Shown here: positions 8,700-16,714 of the stretch, piece by piece | Numbering within the stretch: the first letter of the stretch is position 1 | Layout of the letters: each line of letters begins with the position of its first letter | Source of the DNA: Candidatus Latescibacterota bacterium | Lineage (GTDB): Bacteria > Latescibacterota > UBA2968 > UBA8231 | Assembly (NCBI GenBank): GCA_965221775.1 | Contig: CBDCSU010000001.1 | Span: 1 to 37,277, forward strand | Length of the DNA stretch: 37,277 nt | Direction: 5' to 3' | Program-made: the position numbers and the translations under genes | Notes under the pieces: model-generated | Databases searched by the model: none | What the model was told of the DNA's origin: nothing | Seen by the model: only the letters and a program-made list of their open reading frames with translations

Positions 8700-9305
8700 T
8701 CACCACTCCCTGCGTGAGTCGTCCAGCTCGGCGCCGGCGTCGAGGTCGCCGCCGCCGATGCGCGGCCGGACGAGGCGAGACAGCAGCCGCTGTGACCCTT
8801 TCGGGTCCTCGTCGAGGTCCCAGGCCTCACGGACCAGCTGCACGACGGCCGGCACCGTCTCGACCACCTCGTCGTCGTCCATGCCGCGGCTCACCGTCAC
8901 CAGCAGCCGCGGCTCGCGGTTCACCTCCGGCCAGCCGGTCTCCGGCGGCCAGATCTCGTACAGCTCCGGCGGGTCCTGGTGGCCGTCGCGGTACTCGGAA
9001 CGGCCGAGGTCGCCGATGACCAGGTCGGCCGCCAGGCGCTGCGCCGTGGCCGGGCGCCAGCCCTTCACCGACACGACGGAGACGATGTAGTTGCGCCGGA
9101 TCAGCAGCGGGTCCTCGCGGGACCGCCGCGGCGCGATCCGGTACGTCTCCTGGCGCGTGAGGACGGGCAGGCCCGTCTCGCGCTGGACCTTGCGGACCGC
9201 GTCGCGGGTGAGGCGCTCGAAGAGGTCGTCGTGCTCGGTGCCGTCCTCCCCGAGCTGCGCCTTCAGCGCCGCGAGGCTGATGACGTCGGCCGGTGTCGTG
9301 GCCAT
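8700..9305 (-). CDS. Head-tail adaptor (HK97 gp6-like)
   Basis: VISLAALKAQLG..GTEHDDL...A...V.RETG motif; first gene after the capsid gene. Confidence 0.8.
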   Translation of the reverse strand: MATTPADVISLAALKAQLGEDGTEHDDLFERLTRDAVRKVQRETGLPVLTRQETYRIAPRRSREDPLLIRRNYIVSVVSVKGWRPATAQRLAADLVIGDLGRSEYRDGHQDPPELYEIWPPETGWPEVNREPRLLVTVSRGMDDDEVVETVPAVVQLVREAWDLDEDPKGSQRLLSRLVRPRIGGGDLDAGAELDDSRREW

Positions 9306-9395
9306 GGGCTGGAGGAGGCCGCCGTCTTCGCCCCGGGGTCTATCAGGCCCGGGCAGCGGCCCCCTCTTCAGGTATCCCCCCCGCTCGAAGCGCCG

Positions 9396-10823
9396 TCAGG
9401 CGTTCGAGATCGTGACGAAGGCGGGCGGCCGGTACACGCACAGCGCCCACCGGATGGTGGCCAGGATCCGCATGCGGTTCCTGGTGAAGTCGTCGTCGAT
9501 GAAGCCCCACTCGATCATGATCTCGCGGGCGATCCGGGCCTCGATCCACATCGGCAGGAAGGACCCGCAGATGGCGTTGACCTTGCCTTTGCCGGTCGTG
9601 GCGTCCAGGACCTCGGAGAACACCACGGGCAGGCCGTGGGCCCTCTCCTCGAAGCCGGTCACCGCCGAGCCGGCGTAGTAGCCGTTGTTGTTCTTGGCGG
9701 TGACGACGACGTCCCAGACCGTGGGGTGGAAGACGTAGTCGGTCGGCATGGACCGGCCCGGCGTCAGGACCTTGGTGCGCGCGAAGCGCAGCGTGTCCCA
9801 GGGGTCGGCGCGGCTCGCCTTCCAGTTCTGGTCCTGCAGGCCGGACACGTTGAGCAGCCCTTGGGGGGCGGGGGCGGTGCCGCTGCCGGTGAGCGACAGG
9901 TCGTCCGAGCGCTGAATGACCAGCGCCGGGACCCGCATGTTGAGGTAGGAGTCGACGAGGTCGCCGTCCTCCATCGTCTGCTTGGTCACCGGGACGTGGG
10001 TCCCGATGTCCCTCACGTCGACCTCGGTGTTGCTCATGTCGAGGTCGGACTCGGGGAAGGGCGAGTCCTCGGCGGTGGCGGCCGCCTTGCCGCCCTCGTC
10101 CTTGAGGGTCTCGACCAGGAAGATGGCCTTGTCCCGGCCCGGGCGGATCGTCGTCTTCGGGAGCAGGTCCCAGAAGTTGGGCGGACGCCACCGCGCCTCG
10201 ACGTAGCCGGGATCCCTGACCGAGAACGGCGGGTAGCCGTCGGTCCGGCTGAAGGTGGCGCCGGCGGACCGGCCGAGGATCTGCCGCGGGTTGTACTTCA
10301 CCGCCAGGACGCGCTTGCTCTGCCGGGCGTCCATGATGAAGTCCTCCCCGAACTCGGGGATGGCGGTCGCCTCGTTGGCCTCGTTGTACGCGGCCACGGC
10401 GGCGCGGAAGTCGGCGGCCAGCCCGGCCGGCTCGCCCTGACCCATCGCCTCGAGGCGCTGCTGCACGCTGGCCTCGACCAGGTCGCGGATCGTCTGCTCG
10501 CCCTCGGACCCCTGGGGGCCCTCGCCGTTGGCGATGGCGGCGGCCTGCGTCTCCTCCTCGCGGGCCTTGAGCAGGTCGTTGACCGCGGCCAGGCGGGTGT
10601 GGTTGGTGACCGCGGAGGCGACCTTCTCCTCGGCGGTGCCGGCGTAGACGTTGTTCTGGTCGATGTCGTCGGGACCGGCCTCGAAGCGGGTATGGAGGCC
10701 GTCCAGCTCCTCCTGCATCCGCGTCAGCACCCCGGTCGGCGCCGACGAGTAGTCGGCGAAGAAGCGGTGCCGCTCCTCGATGTCCACCGAGGTCACGGGC
10801 CGCATGAAGTTGGGCTTGGGCAT
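9396..10823 (-). CDS. Major capsid protein, HK97 fold, with N-terminal scaffold (delta) domain
   Basis: Motifs AE..PFPES, VTKQTMED, LTGSGT...PQGL, KNNNGYY, GLPVV, FTRN...I.A..R...VYRPPAF. Confidence 0.95.
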   Translation of the reverse strand: MPKPNFMRPVTSVDIEERHRFFADYSSAPTGVLTRMQEELDGLHTRFEAGPDDIDQNNVYAGTAEEKVASAVTNHTRLAAVNDLLKAREEETQAAAIANGEGPQGSEGEQTIRDLVEASVQQRLEAMGQGEPAGLAADFRAAVAAYNEANEATAIPEFGEDFIMDARQSKRVLAVKYNPRQILGRSAGATFSRTDGYPPFSVRDPGYVEARWRPPNFWDLLPKTTIRPGRDKAIFLVETLKDEGGKAAATAEDSPFPESDLDMSNTEVDVRDIGTHVPVTKQTMEDGDLVDSYLNMRVPALVIQRSDDLSLTGSGTAPAPQGLLNVSGLQDQNWKASRADPWDTLRFARTKVLTPGRSMPTDYVFHPTVWDVVVTAKNNNGYYAGSAVTGFEERAHGLPVVFSEVLDATTGKGKVNAICGSFLPMWIEARIAREIMIEWGFIDDDFTRNRMRILATIRWALCVYRPPAFVTISNA

Positions 10824-10843
10824 TTGGGTTTCCTCCCTGGGGA

Positions 10844-11668
10844 TCAGGTGCGCAGCCGCAGGAGACTGCGGCCGCGGATGACGTTCGAGGATCGGGGTTC
10901 CGGGTCCGGGGGTTCCGGGTCCGGATCGGCGGGCGGCTCCTCACCGCCCTCGTCGTCGTCGACGCCGGCCAGGACCTGGTGACACAGGCCGGCCTCGCAG
11001 GACTCGTCGCCGGTGAGCCAGCAGTCCTCGGTCAGCCACATGCTCCGCGTCTCGTCGTCGGCCGTGGTCCGCAGCGCGTAGACCTCACCGATCGCCTTGG
11101 CGTCCGCCTCGAGGACCTTGTCGGCCGCGCTCAACGTCTCGGCGACGTCGGCGCGGGTCCCCGAATAGAACCCGTGCACGATCCAGGGCTCGTGCAGGAA
11201 CATCAGCGAGCCGGCGATCATGCAGCGCTCCTCACCGGCCAGGAACGGGAGCACCGCGGCGGACGCGACCAGGCCGCGGCCCTCGGTGACGATCTCGACG
11301 CCGTCGCGGGCCCGGCCGTGCAGGTCGGCCCACAGCGCCAGGGCGTCGTCGATGAAGCCGCCCGGGGACTCGATCAGGACGCGGACGCGGGACAGGGGCG
11401 CCAGGTAGTCGAGGCGGCGGATCAGGGCCTGCGCGTCGCACCCGAACCACCAGCCGATGAGTCCTTGGATGCGGACGGTGACGTCGGCGCCGTCTTCCTC
11501 GGCCATCGCCTCGGGCCGCTCGTCGTCGTGCATCGCGCCGGCGGCGCGCACCGAGACGACGGTCTGCTCCGGGATCTGGCAGCCCGCGCGGCGGGCCCAC
11601 CGGGCCCAGGGCTGCAGGCGGTGAGGGTTCGGCGGCGCCTGGCCGCCGCTGGCGCCGAGGACTCTCAA
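10844..11668 (-). CDS. ClpP-family prohead maturation protease
   Basis: IESPGG, GLVASAA (catalytic Ser), MFLHEP (His) and WLTGDE..EAGL motifs; directly upstream of the capsid gene. The true start may be an internal ATG. Confidence 0.9.
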   Translation of the reverse strand: MRVLGASGGQAPPNPHRLQPWARWARRAGCQIPEQTVVSVRAAGAMHDDERPEAMAEEDGADVTVRIQGLIGWWFGCDAQALIRRLDYLAPLSRVRVLIESPGGFIDDALALWADLHGRARDGVEIVTEGRGLVASAAVLPFLAGEERCMIAGSLMFLHEPWIVHGFYSGTRADVAETLSAADKVLEADAKAIGEVYALRTTADDETRSMWLTEDCWLTGDESCEAGLCHQVLAGVDDDEGGEEPPADPDPEPPDPEPRSSNVIRGRSLLRLRT

Positions 11669-12375
11669 CGGGCCTGCCGCAGGGCCTCGGCCAGGGCCTC
11701 GATCTTGAGGACGTAGACCACGATGGCCGAGCCGCGGCAGTAGCCGAACTTGGCGCGCTTGTGGTAGCGGGGCTGCTCGAGCAGCGGCAGGGCCCGGGCT
11801 ACCCCCTCCCAGGTATCGGACGGCCAGCCCTGGACCTTGGCCAGGCGCTGCGCGTCGCGCACGTGGCCGGCGCCGCCGTTGTACGCGGCCAGGGACAGCC
11901 GGCGCGCGTCGTCGGCGTCGGCCACGTCAACCTGCTCGCGCAGCTGCTTCAGGTAGCGGGCGCCGGCCTCGATCCCCTGGGCCGGGTCGTGAGGGTCACG
12001 GACGCCGAGGGCGGCCGCCGTCGGGCCCGTCAGCTGCATCAGCCCGCGGGCCCCTCCCGGCGACACCGCCTCCGGCCGGAACCGGGACTCGGCCTGCACG
12101 ATGGCCGCCAGCCAGCGCCAGTCGTGACCGTAGCGGTCGGCGGCCGCCTGCAGCACGTCGTCAAAGGGCAGCCGGCCGTCGGTTTCGTAGGCGCTGACGA
12201 GGTCGGCCTGGGCGCTCACCCACCCTTCGACCCGCTCGGCGATCTCCGGGTCCGGCGGGGGCGCCTCGTCGTCGAAGATCGTCAACAGCCCCGCCACCAG
12301 GAGGCCGAGGCCGATGACGATGGGGATCAGGTAGGTCGGGTCGCCGCGGGTCAGCGCCTGCATCGCCCTGCTCAT
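11665..12375 (-). CDS. Lytic transglycosylase (SLT, MltF-like catalytic domain) with an N-terminal TM anchor; probable endolysin
   Basis: DWRWLAAI..AES.F...AVS..GA.GLMQL, LAAYNGG.GHV.DA and GYCRG motifs; TM segment YLIPIVIGLGLLVAGLLTIF. Start at ATG 12375 or 12363 rather than 12498. Confidence 0.9.
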   Translation of the reverse strand: MSRAMQALTRGDPTYLIPIVIGLGLLVAGLLTIFDDEAPPPDPEIAERVEGWVSAQADLVSAYETDGRLPFDDVLQAAADRYGHDWRWLAAIVQAESRFRPEAVSPGGARGLMQLTGPTAAALGVRDPHDPAQGIEAGARYLKQLREQVDVADADDARRLSLAAYNGGAGHVRDAQRLAKVQGWPSDTWEGVARALPLLEQPRYHKRAKFGYCRGSAIVVYVLKIEALAEALRQAR

Positions 12376-12652
12376 TGTGGATAACCTGTCGAAAAGGGCC
12401 CTGGGGATGGTGGACAACCCGGAAATTACGCCGAGATCGGGAGTTATGCATCGCCCGTTTTCCCCAGGGATTGTGGACCGATCCCCGGTTTTCCACACTT
12501 ATCAACATGGTTATCCACACCCGGTAAGATGGAACGCGCGCGGAGAACTGCAAGCAGTAGAGGGTACTAGGTACTCCTGAGTACCCCCTGCTGCTGCTGA
12601 GCAGCACCGAGGTACTTACCTAGGGCGAGGGTGTGGAAAACGGTTGTCCACA
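12376..12652. promoter_or_regulatory. Cluster of DnaA boxes; oriC-like replication origin
   Basis: Exact TTWTNCACA at 12376-12384(-), 12489-12497(+), 12511-12519(+) and 12632-12640(-). One-mismatch boxes at 12387(-), 12458(+), 12499(+) and 12644(+, TTGTCCACA). Non-coding and AT-richer than its surroundings. Confidence 0.8.
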
Positions 12653-12771
12653 ACGGGGCGCGCACGGGCCCCGTGTCGCCCCGCGGCCGGGGGCGGGCGG
12701 TTACCGGGACGCCGGCGGGGGCCGATCGGGCGACAGGAGCCGCCTGTGGGCGACGTGGGCGGTTTCCGGGG

Positions 12772-12996
12772 TCAGTCCCCGCCCCCGTCTTCGCCGCCCT
12801 GGGCGCGCACCCGGGCCGCGATCCGGTCCGCCAGCCAGTTTTCGGGGTCCTCGGCCGCCTCGTCCTCGCCGGCGAAGATCAGGGCCCACTCGCGGGCCTC
12901 GGACAGGCGGATCTCCCGCCGGGTCCGGGTCAGGGACCAGCCCAGCTCACCGGCCAGGCGCCGGGTCAGTCGGGCGCCTGGCCGGGCGAGTTTTTT
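12772..12996 (-). CDS. Tail assembly chaperone frameshift extension (gpGT-like) via a -1 slip
   Basis: Slippery A-AAA-AAC at 12990-12996, in phase. The -1 frame reads KLARPGARLTRRLAGELGWSLTRTRREIRLSEAREWALIF... to the stop at 12772, matching the LA..LG....E..EW pattern of gpT. Confidence 0.8.
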   Translation of the reverse strand, partial: KKLARPGARLTRRLAGELGWSLTRTRREIRLSEAREWALIFAGEDEAAEDPENWLADRIAARVRAQGGEDGGGD

Positions 12997-13343
12997 CGGA
13001 CCGTCTCGTCCGGGACGGAGAGGCCGTTGATCCGGATGGCCTGACGGACCAGGACCGCGCCGAAGGGCATGGGCAGGGTGTCCAGGTCCTGGCCGGACCA
13101 GGGGCTCCCGTCCTCGTTGACGAGGGTGAGGCGCAGCAGCTTGAGGATCCAGGGCCGGCCCCGGCGAGGGGGCGCGGCGCCGGCCTTCTTCTCGTCCGCG
13201 TCGTCGCCGTCCGGCCCGTAGAGGTCATCCCACTCGCCCAGGCTCAGCTCACGGATCCAGAACGGGATGCCGTTGACGGTGACCGGGTGGACCTCGGCCG
13301 CCAGGACCTGGCCGGCCGCGGCCGCCGCCTTTTTGCCGGCCAT
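12966..13343 (-). CDS. Tail assembly chaperone (gpG-like)
   Basis: Follows the tube gene; IRELSLGE and LVNEDG motifs; ends just after the slippery KN codons. Confidence 0.8.
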   Translation of the reverse strand: MAGKKAAAAAGQVLAAEVHPVTVNGIPFWIRELSLGEWDDLYGPDGDDADEKKAGAAPPRRGRPWILKLLRLTLVNEDGSPWSGQDLDTLPMPFGAVLVRQAIRINGLSVPDETVRKNSPGQAPD

Positions 13344-13777
13344 CAGCCGCTCGTCAGGCGGGCGATCTTCGAGTACGGCCGGAACTGCACCGGGGACTCG
13401 CGCAGCGCGCCCGGGCGGGCCGTGACCGGGTCGTAGCTGACCAGCGACCAGGTGCCGAGGTAGGCCGGGTTGCTGTCCGATCGCGATCCGGAGGCGGGGC
13501 GCACCTCGACGCGGGCCCGGCCCGAGGACGAGTTGTAGATGTCGAACAGGACCTCGTCGACCCCGTCGTCCTTGTAGTCCTGCTTCAGGCTCAGCGCCAG
13601 GGACCCGGACTGCAGGCCGGCCTCGACGACCTCGTGGTCGTCTTTGACGGTCGTCGCGTCGACCTCGGCGCGCGACAGGCGCAGCTCGACGGAGCGGCAG
13701 GCGTCGGACACCTCCTTCGCGGTGCCGCCGGTGTCGCCGGGGGTGATCTGTACGAAAGCGTCACGCCAGATGGCCAT
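13343..13777 (-). CDS. Major tail tube protein
   Basis: VS...RSVEL.....EVDATT......AGL....L...QDY and RP.......NPAY.G motifs; 144 aa, directly upstream of the TAC. Confidence 0.8.
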   Translation of the reverse strand: MAIWRDAFVQITPGDTGGTAKEVSDACRSVELRLSRAEVDATTVKDDHEVVEAGLQSGSLALSLKQDYKDDGVDEVLFDIYNSSSGRARVEVRPASGSRSDSNPAYLGTWSLVSYDPVTARPGALRESPVQFRPYSKIARLTSG

Positions 13778-13803
13778 GGTTTGTCTCCCATGGGTGAGGG
13801 GGT

Positions 13804-14565
13804 TTAGACGACGCCGTAGACGACGCCGAGGCAGGCGTGCGGGGAGTTGGTCCCGCTGATCGTCAACAACGTCTGGATCTCATTATGCACGATGGCCCCG
13901 GCGGCCGTCTTGACGTACACGCCGACGGTGGTCGGGTCCGTGAAGGGCGGGCCCTGGGCGTCGAAGGTGAGACGGTCCGTCCACGTGGTCGACCCCGTCC
14001 GGGTCTGCACCTTGAGCCGGACGGTGGTCCGATCGGCCAGGGCGAACAGGTGGAATGCGGCCCACAAGGTCCCGTCGGCCTTCACCCCCTCAAAGGGCAG
14101 CGTCTTCGACGGCTGGTCCGTGGCCGGGGTCACCATATCGCGGTGGTCGAGGACGGTGCCGGCCAGGACCGGGTCGGGCCCGGGCAGCTCCTCCTTCTCG
14201 GTCGCTACCGCCGACAGGTCCCACTGCCGCAGCTGACCGACGCGGCCGGTGTGCCGCCATTCCTGGATCCGGCCCTCGAAGACCCGGGCCTTGTCGCCGA
14301 CGCCGCCGGCGCCGTCCGGGACCACGGACATGACGACGACGTCGCCGCGCGAGTAGTAGTTCAGGGGCAACGCGTCGTCGGCCGGCTCGTCCAGGAACCC
14401 GGCCGCCTCGAGGCGCCCGGCGCGCAGCCCGGCGACGGTGCGGGTGTGGTCGTCTGAGACGGCGGTCCGGTCCAGCTCGGCGCGCCGCAGTCCGAGGCGC
14501 GCGCTCGAAGCGACGCCGGTAAGGTCCCACCCGCCGATCCAGCAGGTGGCGCGGGATACGGCCAT
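13804..14565 (-). CDS. Tube-fold-like tail protein with a C-terminal extension
   Basis: N-terminal DLTG..SSARL.LRRAELDRT..SDD....VAGLRAG parallels the tube protein 13343..13777. Confidence 0.65.
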   Translation of the reverse strand: MAVSRATCWIGGWDLTGVASSARLGLRRAELDRTAVSDDHTRTVAGLRAGRLEAAGFLDEPADDALPLNYYSRGDVVVMSVVPDGAGGVGDKARVFEGRIQEWRHTGRVGQLRQWDLSAVATEKEELPGPDPVLAGTVLDHRDMVTPATDQPSKTLPFEGVKADGTLWAAFHLFALADRTTVRLKVQTRTGSTTWTDRLTFDAQGPPFTDPTTVGVYVKTAAGAIVHNEIQTLLTISGTNSPHACLGVVYGVV

Positions 14566-14569
14566 GGTT

Positions 14570-14983
14570 TCAGCTCCCCTGCAATGGTGAGGCCAGGACC
14601 CGGAAGCGCAGGCTGCGCCAGTAGTGGCCCGTTTCCTCGTCCTTGCCGCCGTCGTAGCCGGCGTTCTCGATGTCGCACATCCGGCCGCTGTACCCGGGGT
14701 CGTCGGCCGGCCAGTGAATCAACGCCAGCTGCACCTGGTTGGAAACGGTCATCCGCTCCAGGGCCGTCTCGCCCCACACCGTCACCTCGACGATGTGCCG
14801 CTCGAGATGGTCCGGGCCCGACAGCCCGGGCTCGGCCGGGCCCGCGTCGTCGCTGGCCCAGGCCACGTCGAGGGCCGGCAGCGGCGTGTTCTCGGGCAGC
14901 TCGTCGGCGTAGACCCGCGCGCTGATCAGGGCCGCCAGGTCGGGGAACCCCTCGAGCCGCGTCTGCACCTGGGCTTCCATCAT
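14570..14983 (-). CDS. Tail completion/terminator protein (DUF3168 / SPP1 gp17-like)
   Basis: ATGA-coupled start at 14983; LAALISARVY...P...PLPA and VEVTVWG motifs. Confidence 0.8.
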   Translation of the reverse strand: MMEAQVQTRLEGFPDLAALISARVYADELPENTPLPALDVAWASDDAGPAEPGLSGPDHLERHIVEVTVWGETALERMTVSNQVQLALIHWPADDPGYSGRMCDIENAGYDGGKDEETGHYWRSLRFRVLASPLQGS

Positions 14984-15348
14984 GCCAGCCGCTCCGTCCC
15001 CGCGGTGATCTGCGTCACGCAGCGCCGGGCCCCCTTGCGGGCCGGCACCGGGCGCACGTCGTGCAGGTACCAGACCTGGCCGGCCTCGTCGACGACGCGG
15101 TCCCGGGTGGTGAGGCCGGCCTCGAGGCGCACCAGGCGCCAGGTCCGGGTGGTCACCTGCAGGACCTGGTCGGCCGCGTGCTCGTCCCGGCCGGCGTGGC
15201 GCATCAGCTGCGCCCACACCCGGGTCGAAGCCGGCGACGTCCGCTGAAGCGGCCCCCAGGTGGCGACGGGGTCCCCGACGCCGGAGCCCGAGGTCCTCAC
15301 GATCCGCTCGAGGGTGAGCCGGATCCGCGGGCCGAAGAGGCCGCTCAC
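14980..15348 (-). CDS. Head closure protein (SPP1 gp16-like)
   Basis: GTGA-coupled start at 15348; RLTLER....G.G.PV.TW......VWA and DRVV motifs. Confidence 0.75.
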   Translation of the reverse strand: MSGLFGPRIRLTLERIVRTSGSGVGDPVATWGPLQRTSPASTRVWAQLMRHAGRDEHAADQVLQVTTRTWRLVRLEAGLTTRDRVVDEAGQVWYLHDVRPVPARKGARRCVTQITAGTERLA

Positions 15349-15758
15349 GGCGCCCCCGGCGTCGGCCGCTGCAGCAGGGCCAGGGCGTCGGCCTCGTCGT
15401 CCGGCACCGCGTCGAAGCTGATCCGCCGGCGCGAATCCGGGTCCCCGCCGAGCAGCTGCAGGCACTTGAGCGCGTGGATGCGGGACGCGGAGATAAGTCG
15501 CTCGTAGCCCTGACTTTCCGCCCTCACGATCTCGCCCGCCCCCTTCCAGCGGCCGTCCTCGATCGCCTCCAGCGCCTCGACGGCCGACCACTGCTGCGCC
15601 TTGGCCTCGCACAGCTCGATGACGATGGGCCGGTCCGTGGACGTGAGGAACGGCCAGACGCGCCGGAGCATGGACCAGTAGGCCCGCCTCGGGTCACCGC
15701 CCGTCCAGGCCTTCGGCGGGTTGCCGATGGTGCGCGGCTTCTCGGTCTGATCTGTCAC
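15345..15758 (-). CDS. terS: Terminase small subunit, P27-family-like
   Basis: GTG start after GAGGGGG; PP..W, W, LT.TD...LC and LGGDPDSRRRI (LGLTPxSR-like) motifs. Confidence 0.75.
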   Translation of the reverse strand: MTDQTEKPRTIGNPPKAWTGGDPRRAYWSMLRRVWPFLTSTDRPIVIELCEAKAQQWSAVEALEAIEDGRWKGAGEIVRAESQGYERLISASRIHALKCLQLLGGDPDSRRRISFDAVPDDEADALALLQRPTPGAP

Positions 15759-16025
15759 TGCCCCCCCTCGGAACATCGAAGATACCACCCCCGCGCGGCC
15801 GAGGCCCTCACCGACGCCGGGCTGACGAGCCGAATCGGGCCCGGAAGCGCACGAAACCCGGGAAGAAAACGGCACCTGTGGGCCGATTCGGGGGGCCTGT
15901 GGAGCGCGAATCGCGAGGTCCGCTCCAATGGAGCCCGCGCACATGCGCCCACAAGGCGATTCTCAACGTGGCAGAAAAATGCCGACGCTACCGCGGGTTG
16001 TCGGCCCCCTCGGCGTGTCAGCGGA

Positions 16026-16056
16026 CACCCCCCCCCTTGGGACGCAGGGGGGGGTG
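16026..16056. other. Candidate cos site: 10-bp inverted repeat around an 11-bp core
   Basis: CACCCCCCCC-cttgggacgca-GGGGGGGGTG in non-coding DNA ~270 bp upstream of terS. Confidence 0.4.
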
Positions 16057-16302
16057 AGGGTCCCCGGGGGGGTCCCGGGGGGGTCCGCCGGGGGGTCCCG
16101 GACCGGCCGGCCGGGCGCCGGCGGGTCACCCTGGCCGGCCCGCGGCCAAGTGACCGGCGTGATTGGTCGGGTCCGGGACCGGCGCCGGGTCCGGGTCCGC
16201 CGCGTTTCCCGCCGCGTCCTCAAGGGCCCATTCGACAAACGCGTCAACCGGCGCGCCGGGTCCGGCGGCCCTCCTCGATCCGTCGTAGCGTAACGGCCGC
16301 AA

Positions 16303-16450
16303 GTACTGGATCCGCCGGGTGAGGCGCGGCCGTCCTGACGGGCCGGCCGGGGGTACCCGATCCGCCGGGTGGGAACCGCCGCCGGTACTGGATCCGCCGG
16401 GTGGGCGCGGCTGCCGCGGCCGCCTCGCCGGGGGTACTGAATCCGCCGGG
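16303..16450 (+). repeat. Four 17-bp direct repeats GTACYSRATCCGCCGGG (iteron/operator-like)
   Basis: Copies at 16303, 16353, 16385 and 16434; the last ends 4 bp before TTGACA. Confidence 0.85.
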
Positions 16451-16454
16451 CGCT

Positions 16455-16483
16455 TTGACAGGCCCGGAAAGAGTTACTAAAAG
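16455..16483 (+). promoter_or_regulatory. Sigma70-type early promoter
   Basis: TTGACA, 17-bp spacer, TAAAAG (weak -10), then GGGAGG RBS and ATG at 16508. Confidence 0.55.
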
Positions 16484-16507
16484 ACACACCCGAAGGGAGG
16501 GCCGCAG

Positions 16508-16714
16508 ATGCCCAGGAGCCGCAAGCACTACGTCCGCAAGTTCCAGGTGATGTTCACCGAGGAGCAGGCGGAGGCGATCGAGAAGGTCCAGCGCGAGAGT
16601 GACAACTGGCCGGCCGCGGAGGTGATTCGCGAGGCGACGGCCGCCGGCCTCAAGACGGTGAGCGCGCGCATCCGCCAGCGCCGCAAGCGAGCGAGGGCCG
16701 ATGCCGCTGCGTGA
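16508..16714 (+). CDS. Ribbon-helix-helix (Arc/CopG-like) DNA-binding protein
   Basis: KFQVMFTEEQAEAIEK......AAEVIREA pattern; strong RBS; first gene of the plus-strand block. Confidence 0.7.
   Translation: MPRSRKHYVRKFQVMFTEEQAEAIEKVQRESDNWPAAEVIREATAAGLKTVSARIRQRRKRARADAAA

Noticed and set aside
9370-9381. 12-bp AGGTATCCCCCC matching 29277-29288 in inverted orientation
   Set aside because: Short, half homopolymer, and plausible by chance in this genome.
12376-12498. N-terminal extension of the SLT ORF, and small ORFs across 12161-12650
   Set aside because: They run through the DnaA-box array; the VDN/VEN/IHN-type peptides are just translations of the boxes.
16303-16450. 17-bp repeats as a mini-CRISPR
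   Set aside because: The repeats are too short and degenerate; the gaps are uneven (33, 15, 32 bp) and partly similar to each other.
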